This document shows positions 12,401 to 16,601 of a stretch of 64,000 nucleotides of DNA, in pieces (position 1 is the first letter of the stretch; every line of letters starts with the position of its first letter). The DNA lies in contig JBCCVV010000006.1 of the NCBI GenBank assembly GCA_039194925.1, positions 205 to 64,204 of the forward strand. Direction: 5' to 3'. The translations under genes and the position numbers were made by a program. Under the pieces are notes generated by a model. That model ran no database searches and had not been told where the DNA came from. It was given only the letters and a program-made list of their open reading frames with translations. Source of the DNA: Bacteroidota bacterium (GTDB taxonomy: Bacteria > Bacteroidota > Bacteroidia > Chitinophagales > Saprospiraceae).

Positions 12401-15400
12401 ATCACGGCAGTCTCTGCTGGTACAGTGACATTTACTTATACAAGCGACCTGACGGGCTGTTCTTCATTGGCAAGCGATGTTTTTACCGTGAGTAATCCAA
12501 CAACAGCTAATATTACAGGAACATCGATTCTCTGTATCGGAGCTACTGGAAATTTAGTGGGTTCTGAAAGTGGTACATGGACATCGAGTAATAATGCCAT
12601 TGCAACTGTAAATAGTGCGGGTGTGGTAACCGGACATGCACCAGGAATGGTTACGATTACCTTAAATACAACAGCCTCCTGTATTACCAATCCAACCTAT
12701 GATGTTCAAGTTGAACCAAATCCGAATCCAATTTATACGGGATCAACATCTCTTTGTCTAGGAGAAACGACTTCACTTAGCCCAACTACGGGAGGTATAT
12801 GGACGAGTAGTAATGACGCCATAGCCACAATTGATCACACCGGAAATGTGACAACTCTGACCAGTGGGGTAGTGAATTTCAGTTTTACAGATACATTATC
12901 GGGATGCAGCGGAACGACGTCTTCATCACTGAGCATTTTTGAGTTACCAGAAGTTGAGATTTCGGGTAACAATATCATTTGTGTTGGAGAGACAACAAGT
13001 ATGAGCCCATCTTCTGGGGGATCTTGGTCAAGTAATAATACAGCAGTAGCAACTATCAATTCTAATGGGGTCGTTACGGCTATATCAGCAGGTACAGCAA
13101 CTTTCACATATACTGAAACGGGCACATCGTGTACTTCACTAGCTTCAGAACCCGTGACGGTGTTGGCAAGACCTAATGCCTCGATTACAGGTTCTACAAC
13201 GCTTTGTGTTGGAGAAACATCTACTTTATCACCTACGACGGGTGGTAGTTGGATTAGTTCTGACGAATCGGTGGCCACAGTAACTGATCAAGGGGTGGTT
13301 ACAGCTGTAGCACAAGGTGTTGCAAGATTTACTTTTGTGGCAAATAATGGTTGTGCCTCGAACCAAACATCTCCAATCATTGTATTTGGTATTCCATCTA
13401 TAGGGGTAGATGGAGTAACAGAATTGTGTGTCGGAGAATCGGCTCAAATGCTTCCATCATCTGGTGGTCTTTGGGTATCGAGTAACGAATTGGTGGCTAC
13501 GATTACAAATGACGGGGTAGTAACTACATTATCTCCGGGTACCGTTTCGTTTACCTTCACGGACTCAAGTACAGGTTGTATTTCGGACGCTTCTGAAATT
13601 CTGACAATAAGTGCTATCCCCAATACTGCAATAAATGGTCCGTCCAGTATTTGTATAGGAAGTACAACGAATTTTACACCTACAGCGGGAGGAGTCTGGT
13701 CAAGTGTAGATCCTTCTGTAGCATCTATTCAAAACAATGGAGATGTTACCGGTATTTCTGCAGGAACTGTACGTTTTATTTTTACAAATTTAACAACGGG
13801 ATGTGTTTCAGATACTTCCTCTGCAATTATAGTAACGACAGAATCGACACCTATATATATAGGTTCGGATGTAATATGTATTGGGGATACTACCTATCTT
13901 TCACCTTCATCAGGTGGGACATGGGAGAGTACAAATACTGAAGTAGCCACCATAGATAATTCAGGAATGATCATTGGAGTAGGACAGGGTACGGCAAGAT
14001 TTAGGTTTACCAATAGTACTACCGGATGTGTTTCAGATTTTAGCACCACACTTACAGTGAATGGTGTAGGAACGGTCTTTGTTAATGGTAGCTCATCCAT
14101 TTGTATTGGAACATCGACCACATTATCTCCAAGTAGCGGTGGCTCTTGGGTGAGTTTGAGTCCAGGAGTGGCAGTTGTAAGTTCATCTGGAGTTGTGACC
14201 GGGGTCACCGCAGGGACTGCCAACTTTGTGTTTACAGATTCGATTACGGGCTGTAGCTCAGATGGGTCACTTGGTGTAATAGTGCAGGATTTTACCGAAA
14301 TATCCATAAATAGCACTGGTGGGGAATTGTGTATTGGATATACACTTCAAATGACAACATCTACGTCTGGCGGTGTATGGACCAGTAGCAATAAAGACAT
14401 TGCATCCATTTCGAATTCTGGAATAGTACGAGGAAGAGCTCCTGGAAAAGTAACTTTCACTTACACGGAGTCAATCGCAGGGTGCGTAAATTCTTCTACC
14501 TCGGATACGTTGGTTGTCAACAATTGTATGAATCATGATTTCAATGTTGCTGTTATTGATCAACAAATTTTTGGAAATGTAAGTACAAATGATAATTATC
14601 CAACGACGGCATCGTACAGCAGTACTCCACAATTGGTTTCAAAGCCGGATGCGAGTATTGCGACTTTTACGATAAATGCTGATGGGAGCTATTCCTTCCA
14701 GGGTAATAAAGCCGGCAACTATCGATATAATGTTCCAGTTTGTTTAGATCCGATTTATACAGGATGTCCAACATCAATGATTGAGTTTACCTTAGTTGAG
14801 AATCAATATTCAACTGGTAATCCTGTGACGAATCTTGATATTGCGACAATGTTTGGAGTGGAAGAAGCTGGTAAGTATGCCAAAAACGATAGTGCATTCT
14901 GGATTAGTACAATTCAAAATGACGTATGCATATATACGTTAGGATGTGATATGGATTGGAGTTCCGCTTGGTTGGAATCGAATGCCTCGAATGGGTGGGC
15001 TGAAATTATGCCCGGTGGAATTATTGAATATACTCCCGATGTAGGGTACATTGGTTTCGATACGATCTATTATGGCATATGCGCTGATGGATATTCCAAC
15101 TGCAACAATACCATGCAGATAATGACAATAAATCACAGTAGTGCACAGAATACAGTAGTGGCTGCAGATGATTTCCAATTTACCCTAAGAGAAACTGCAG
15201 TTTCAGGTAATTTACTTACCAATGATAGTGATGCGGAAGGAGATTCAATCCTTGTTACGCCTCAAGGGGCATTCATGGCTCCAATCATAACGAGTGCCGG
15301 ACAATACTACATTGATGCACTCGGTAATTTCAATTTTACTCCTAATGGTTTGTTCAGTGGGCATACCGAGATAATCTATGAAATTTGCGATGATAATCCA

Positions 15401-16339
15401 GATCAGGCATGCATGCAGGCTACCCTGCACTTGTTAGTTTTTGATGATATCGCCATCAAACTAAGAGTCTATCTTGAAGGAGCCTTAATGCAAAATGGCG
15501 GGGCTGTTTCTTCTACGGGAAGACCTCTGATGCGTGATAATTTAAGAGTAAGTCCATTTACAGGATTAAATTATATTCCGTTGTATGACCCATATACGAT
15601 TTCTGCCGATCCATTTGTAGGAACTCCGAGTAGATATAATAAAATCGGTCCGGGCCAATTGGCAGAAAATCAAGAAATTACCGATTCATTGGGTGTCTTT
15701 GGAGTGATTGGAGAAAACGCAATTGTCGATTGGGTGCACGTTGAGTTACGTTCAAAAGACGACTATACGATACCCATTGCTACACGTTCTGGCTTGTTGC
15801 AACGAGACGGTGATATAGTTGATCTGGATGGAGTCTCTGACCTTCGTTTTAATGCCGTAAATGTGGATAGCTTCTATGTTGTGGTCAAACACAGATCTCA
15901 TCTCGGAGTAATGTCCGAAAAGGTTGGATTCGCTGAGACAGTGGATTTTACATCAACTTCATATCCAGTCTTCAATTTTGAAATCAAAGAGTTGAATGAT
16001 TATTCGGGATTATCGCAAAAAAATGACCTCTTACCAGGTTATTCTGCGCTGTGGGCGGGTGATTTTGACTCGAATGGAAAAATCAAATTTACCAACCCTT
16101 CTGATGATCAAAACGTGTTGTTTTTCAACGTATTATTCTCGTCTCCAGACTTTCTTATCAATTATGATCAGGCTTATGGTTATATGACAGGTGATTTTAA
16201 TATGAATAGTAAATCCAAGTTTACCAACCCTAGTGACGATATCAACTTCTTATTTAGTCAAATTCTTTTATATCCTTTGAACAGTTCATTCTTGTCGAAT
16301 TATAACTCACTGATTGAACAAGTACCTGAGGACGAGTAG
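2..16339 (+). CDS. Giant modular cell-surface adhesin-like protein, 5'-truncated by the window edge (frame open from nt 2; >=5445 codons)
   Basis: One uninterrupted ORF. Modules in order: GEVED motif (NYGEVEDYTINI), unknown Cys-rich module, propeller-like region, DUF11-like repeat, CBM-like module, PA14, Ig-like/SprB-like tandem repeats. Then ~21 Big_2-like 75-aa units (ICxGETTxLSP..GGxWxSS...IATV..G.VT....GT..FTFT...GC), cadherin/VCBS-like repeats (NDSDAEGD) and the conserved C-terminal module. Confidence 0.9.
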   Translation, partial: APEEERLAMMPPSYCSSSGSNFSYEYISNVQIGTLNNSSAGSSYTDYTSIVTDLQAGQVYTITITPGWPGSSYNEGYGAWIDLNQDGDFDDPDEQIALIDPTNSSTVTSTFLLSNIATTGQTRMRVSMKYNDAPTSCETFNYGEVEDYTINILAPNSALCNTECTTPYYFNWYDGTSGAEWAITNGETSVQNVYTVSGDQGDYNVTVTMSNPDGQNIDFSNCAVPLERAYTATCNDPNGDANCDGDNGTTDSQFSYGCGYLTFGVTSNNSSEYTSITYEFEFPAYICGLEIGDIDYAGASYPSLTSYQDEVDVVADSMGVPVVINAAVGPAVDVYNNNTTAVKLLAEYTNPYSGDILPNDPAGHAYITTANRVTSITFTYSNGPDDEGQSDDHAIRLAGFDFCPTSQVEICVNGIDDNANGYIDNFDPGCPLYAPFDCDKTLFQTRSPDNGSTYYLDTITRSPVTFNQLHNLTANGMTAAGFNATAYNPQDRYIYGLNPLKSDSYQMYRINALGAVQFIGNVTGLTGTNDAGAFSQDGRYYVFGASGRLYEIDIFSYAANEIANLGFAGGDIVVNPADGLIYTWNSDANQLYSIDPSNGNATAIGSPNSQYTEFGSLFANEQGDIIGYGNDANVTGTSQETLVSINPATGIVTPIEVGPEVTYNDGCSCAFGVGMTKEASVSVVEPGNSLTYTFNVYNRTDSILTNLTFIDNLPTGLTFSSNPYNVTGMSLGSASISGSSSANFTINSLAPGVNSFMVDVSIPLTFCSDIENQARIEGLPSSLGSAIVSDDPSTGEIADATTTLISNCEEYWIEAECEQVGANWNVVVDSTASRYSYASIMTGFNSLGSAPTGADDRIRFNVTITNAGNYNIFARVLAPNSSDDSFWVRANGGTWYRWNGLNDFAASDWAWGQVWNSDAGNAVVTFPLVSGANTIDIAYREDGTRLDKIKVALNNQVPTGEGGISTNCPEICDNGEDDDGDGLVDCADDDCGGEAVCQGPCIPEKLFVERWFGISGTAITDLTSHPNYPNSPDELDYIDLFQGPNGYADNYGTRVRGFVIPNESGTYTFNVTGDDNTVLYLSTDVNETNKTEIASVTGWSGVTEHNKYAVQTSVDIELLANVWYYVELLVKEGTGGDHFQVYWRTPSQPSTWNIIPGTQLAPFICPEICDNGEDDDNNGLTDCLDPYCENGVNVYITSADNVICLGESATLDAEFLGSPGTLTYAWSNGAGSASTANVSPNVTTTYVVTVTNTNGCTATDQMVVTVNDLPTAGASNDGPITCSQPIVRLAATPVGMSYLWPGGETTQTADITVAGTYIVTVTDSNGCTDTASTVVTDDIVPPVADAGADVAICFGESTNLTASGGGSYAWSNGAGNTAAVSVSPTSSTTYTVTVTAANGCTDTDMVTVTVTPLPVSSINAVNTICEGTTVSINAADAGAGATYSWDFGANATPQTASGIGPHDVVYDNDHVTGNDVQNTITLDVVLNGCTDQFTDNISIDAIPDVTVSSTSPSCGVDDGTITFTFPDNTSRTNIEFSIDGGASYPHDFSDNIGSATVSSLASGTYDLYVRWGNTNCPIDLPDVMLSDNTVPTANAGSDDEICIGENTTLTATGGTSYVWSNGAGSTASVNVSPTTTTTYTVTVTAANGCTAEDNVTVTVHALPVVSASNDGPITCSQPNVILTASPAGMTYAWQGGGSNQTKTVSATGSYSVTITDANGCTNVASTTVAIDTISPTANAGADNEICIGENTTLTASGGVSYIWSDGAGSTASVNVSPTTTTTYTVTVTAANGCTAEDNVTVTVHALPVVSASNDGPITCSQPNVILTATPAGMTYAWQGGGSNQTKTVTTTGSYSVTITDANGCTNVATTIVTDDLTPPAADAGSDDEICIGESTTLTASGGIAYSWSNGAGSTASVNVSPTITTTYTVTVTAANGCTAEDDVTVTVHALPVVSASNDGPLTCAQTSVILTALPAGMTYSWDTGGSNQTETVTSTGTYSVTITDANGCTNVATTVVTDDLTTPVADAGSDVEICIGESTTLSASGGIAYIWSNGAGNTASVTVSPTTTTTYTVIVTAANGCQDIDDVTVTVNPLPTVGATNDGPLTCVQNNVILSATPAGMTYSWDTGGSNQTETVTTTGIYSVTVTDANGCTNVANTTVAIDTISPTANAGLDDEICIGESTTLTATGGVSYEWSNGAGNTASVNVSPTTTTVYVVTVTAANGCTDEDNVTVTVHALPVVSASNDGPITCSQPNVILSATPTGMTYAWQGGGSNQTKTVTATGSYSVTITDSNGCTNVATTIVTDDLTNPIADAGLDDEICIGESTTLTASGGVSYEWSNGAGNTTSVTVSPTITTTYTVTVTAANGCQDTDDIIVTVNPLPIVGATNDGPLTCAQNSVILTATPAGMIYSWDTGGNNQTETVTSTGTYSVTVTDANGCTNVTSTTVAIDTISPTPDAGMDDEICIGDNINLTATGGISYVWSEGAGTTATVNVSPVTTTTYVVTVTGANGCTSEDNVTITVHPLPIVSASNDGPITCSQPNVILTAFPAGMTYEWEGGGSNQTKTVSATGTYSVTITDANGCRNVASTTVTDDLIPPVANAGTDTEICIGESTNLTASGGVSYAWSDGAGSSSSVSVSPTTTTTYTVTVTAANGCQHTDDVIVTVNPLPIVSVTNDGPLTCAQNSVILTATPAGMLYSWDTGGSNQTETVTATGTYSVTITDANGCTNVANTTVSIDTISPNANAGLDDEICIGENTILTASGGVSYEWSEGAGNSALVTVSPTTTTTYTVTVTASNGCTDEDYVTITVHPLPVVSASNDGPITCNQPNVILTAFPAGMTYEWEGGGSNQTKTVSATGTYSVTITDANGCRNVASTTVTDNVDPPIAEAGPDDLICEGLSTDLTATGGVSYEWSHSAGNTASVTVNPTSTTTYTVTVTGANGCTAEDNVTVSVDPKPTVGISGSDIICIQTTTTLSPNSGGTWRSSDNSIAIVSSSGIVYGLTPGTASFIFTSSATGCESDTTAEVIVTPNISVDIDFSGGICLEDDSELTANVTGGTLNFTYNWSGPNGFTANTQVIDANVSGNYYVTVTDAAGCSDNTSAYIYAAYEPFIFTLSTEVCEDEDVTLSVNSATAVAYQWSANAGSATTQTVLVSPGLPSEDYFVTVTNDLGCTSEATIHIDVKPKTPVNVTGDDEICIGETTTLSPTTGGSWVSADNTIAGVTDDGTVTGLAPGTVTFTFYDSTLNCESNPTLPVTVLQRPPASISGPDAICVRENTTLSPATGGTWESSDTTIAMVTNGGIVTAVAEGNVRFVWTDSATGCVSNATTDLTVYPLVPTSFTGPTSVCEGSQTYLSPTTGGTWTSNDTTIATVSDIGVVTTLAPGTVTFTFTSQYTCVSDATTPLMVMPKDIITISGDSEVCEDDVITLIPTSPGGSWVSGNTSIATVNSGGQVTGIAQGSATITYLHDPATCAIDPTFVVTVLGKPDVWVSGPVEICTGDVTSVSASSPSGIWSSSDESIALVSVDGTVVGMSGGTATFSYTDTQTCVSDASVPVIVNPPVDVDIDYIGSVCLEDDTKLVASPSGGTPGFSYSWSGPGGFTSNLDTIDIVLSGLYNVLVTDGEGCSSNKTAYVYEAYNPFIFTLDTEICEGEDVTLSVNGSSGGTYQWSANTGSLTSQSVTVTPSVPGETYYVTITSPQGCTTVANTVIDVEQLPVINLTGQDSICMGQTTTFTPGIGGVWSSSNYDVASITNSGVVTALSPGAVTFTFRDTSSGCYSAESTNITVNANDNILINGDGDLCLGIPETLTASVLGGTWSSSNPGIASIDAMGAVTPIAEGSTTILYTPAPNTCYNVGTHTMSVNTIPTVDVNGPSTICEGEITYLVPSNGGTWESSDTTVATVNAIGIVTGVSGGSASFTFTSTAGCIQTLSAPINVVPTPVVSLTGPSSICIDESTTLSPTSGGIWLSSNNLVASVSSSGVVLGKSAGTAQFTFIEIINGCISSNVIEVTVDPRPNVTGLGDSNICIGETTTISPSTGGSWTSSDTTVATITSSGLITAVGAGAATFTYTDASTGCSSYASSALTVDGRPTINISGATELCVGDNSSILPNSGGVWSTSDVSVATITSDGTITAVSAGTVTFTYTSDLTGCSSLASDVFTVSNPTTANITGTSILCIGATGNLVGSESGTWTSSNNAIATVNSAGVVTGHAPGMVTITLNTTASCITNPTYDVQVEPNPNPIYTGSTSLCLGETTSLSPTTGGIWTSSNDAIATIDHTGNVTTLTSGVVNFSFTDTLSGCSGTTSSSLSIFELPEVEISGNNIICVGETTSMSPSSGGSWSSNNTAVATINSNGVVTAISAGTATFTYTETGTSCTSLASEPVTVLARPNASITGSTTLCVGETSTLSPTTGGSWISSDESVATVTDQGVVTAVAQGVARFTFVANNGCASNQTSPIIVFGIPSIGVDGVTELCVGESAQMLPSSGGLWVSSNELVATITNDGVVTTLSPGTVSFTFTDSSTGCISDASEILTISAIPNTAINGPSSICIGSTTNFTPTAGGVWSSVDPSVASIQNNGDVTGISAGTVRFIFTNLTTGCVSDTSSAIIVTTESTPIYIGSDVICIGDTTYLSPSSGGTWESTNTEVATIDNSGMIIGVGQGTARFRFTNSTTGCVSDFSTTLTVNGVGTVFVNGSSSICIGTSTTLSPSSGGSWVSLSPGVAVVSSSGVVTGVTAGTANFVFTDSITGCSSDGSLGVIVQDFTEISINSTGGELCIGYTLQMTTSTSGGVWTSSNKDIASISNSGIVRGRAPGKVTFTYTESIAGCVNSSTSDTLVVNNCMNHDFNVAVIDQQIFGNVSTNDNYPTTASYSSTPQLVSKPDASIATFTINADGSYSFQGNKAGNYRYNVPVCLDPIYTGCPTSMIEFTLVENQYSTGNPVTNLDIATMFGVEEAGKYAKNDSAFWISTIQNDVCIYTLGCDMDWSSAWLESNASNGWAEIMPGGIIEYTPDVGYIGFDTIYYGICADGYSNCNNTMQIMTINHSSAQNTVVAADDFQFTLRETAVSGNLLTNDSDAEGDSILVTPQGAFMAPIITSAGQYYIDALGNFNFTPNGLFSGHTEIIYEICDDNPDQACMQATLHLLVFDDIAIKLRVYLEGALMQNGGAVSSTGRPLMRDNLRVSPFTGLNYIPLYDPYTISADPFVGTPSRYNKIGPGQLAENQEITDSLGVFGVIGENAIVDWVHVELRSKDDYTIPIATRSGLLQRDGDIVDLDGVSDLRFNAVNVDSFYVVVKHRSHLGVMSEKVGFAETVDFTSTSYPVFNFEIKELNDYSGLSQKNDLLPGYSALWAGDFDSNGKIKFTNPSDDQNVLFFNVLFSSPDFLINYDQAYGYMTGDFNMNSKSKFTNPSDDINFLFSQILLYPLNSSFLSNYNSLIEQVPEDE
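479..1215 (+). other. Uncharacterised ~245-aa Cys-rich module (copy in ORF1; paralogous copy in ORF3 at 26644-27390)
   Basis: Colinear match between ORF1 and ORF3: C.T/ECxTPYxFxWxDG, NPDGQNIDF(S/T)NC, CNDPNG(D/N)xNCDGD, SQF(S/T)YGC, IGDID(Y/H), FTYSNGPDD(E/D)GxSxDHAIRxxGF(D/E)FCP. I recognise no named family. Confidence 0.6.
2423..2860 (+). other. CBM-like / galactose-binding-like module of ORF1
   Basis: EYWIEAECEQVGANWN...DDRIRFNVTITNAGNYNIFARV...DDSFWVRANGGTWYRW...GANTIDIAYREDGTRLDKIKV. This pattern is typical of bacterial carbohydrate-binding modules; the family is not assignable by eye. Confidence 0.55.
3001..3490 (+). other. PA14 domain of ORF1
   Basis: ERWFGISGTAITDL...YGTRVRGFVIPNESGTYTFNVTGDDNTVLYLS...YYVELLVKEGTGGDHFQVYWRTP. 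Confidence 0.7.
4778..8665 (+). repeat. Nine exact 432-nt (144-codon) in-frame tandem units, each one Ig-like 'A' plus one Ig-like 'B' domain
   Basis: The equivalent Ala codon of the xA(N/D)AG..(E/D)ICIGE motif recurs at 4778, 5210, 5642, 6074, 6506, 6938, 7370, 7802, 8234 and 8666, i.e. spacing is exactly 432 nt each time. More divergent copies flank the array at ~3590-4245 and 8666-8880. Confidence 0.95.
10681..16339 (+). repeat. Paralogous 3' block, copy 1 (SprB-like cassette + 15 Big_2-like units + cadherin-like repeats + CTD)
   Basis: Colinear at protein level with 20007-25649 and 31200-36851. The distance from the (V/I)D(Y/F) landmark codon to the stop is 5631, 5619 and 5622 nt in the three genes. 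Confidence 0.85.
15443..16336 (+). other. Conserved ~300-aa C-terminal module with paired dockerin-like loops (ORF1 copy)
   Basis: DDIAIKLRVYLEGAL...AIVDWVHVELRSKDD...RSGLLQRDGDIVDLDGVSDLRF...FYVVVKHRSHLGVMS...WAGDFDSNGKIKFTNPSDDQNVLF...TGDFNMNSKSKFTNPSDDINFLFSQILLYPLNSSFLSNYNSLIEQVPEDE. Confidence 0.8.
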
Positions 16340-16348
16340 ATGGTTCAA

Positions 16349-16386
16349 AAGTTAGGAAATGTAAACTACTTTGCATTTCCTAACTT
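16349..16386 (+). terminator. Hairpin 10 nt after the ORF1 stop
   Basis: aagttaggaaatg (16349-16361) pairs perfectly with catttcctaactt (16374-16386), giving a 13-bp stem and 12-nt loop. There is no U-tract. Confidence 0.55.
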
Positions 16387-16444
16387 CAAACGTAAACCAC
16401 TGGCATATAATGACTTCTGATAGTTTCTTCCCTCCTTTGTTGAG

Positions 16445-16452
16445 TATTTTTG
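16445..16452 (+). promoter_or_regulatory. Candidate Bacteroidota -7 box (TAnnTTTG) upstream of ORF2
   Basis: TATTTTTG is an exact match to TAnnTTTG, 150 nt upstream of the ATG at 16602. No good TTTG -33 element lies at the expected spacing. Confidence 0.25.
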
Positions 16453-16601
16453 AATTGTGAATATTACAACTCCCTTACCTCGTTGTAATTAGTGTTTGGT
16501 TGAGTGATTTGTCCTGACTTACCTATAAGGACTTTACCAGGTCACTTGATTCTTCTTACTTAACAGGTAGTATTGGGAGTTATAATCAAGACACCGATAA
16601 T

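Noticed and set aside
16340-16601. Invertible-promoter (phase-variation) switch upstream of ORF2 or ORF3 (also 25650-25946).
   Set aside because: Only short local hairpins are present. There is no pair of longer inverted repeats flanking a ~150-300-bp segment, and no site-specific recombinase gene in the window.
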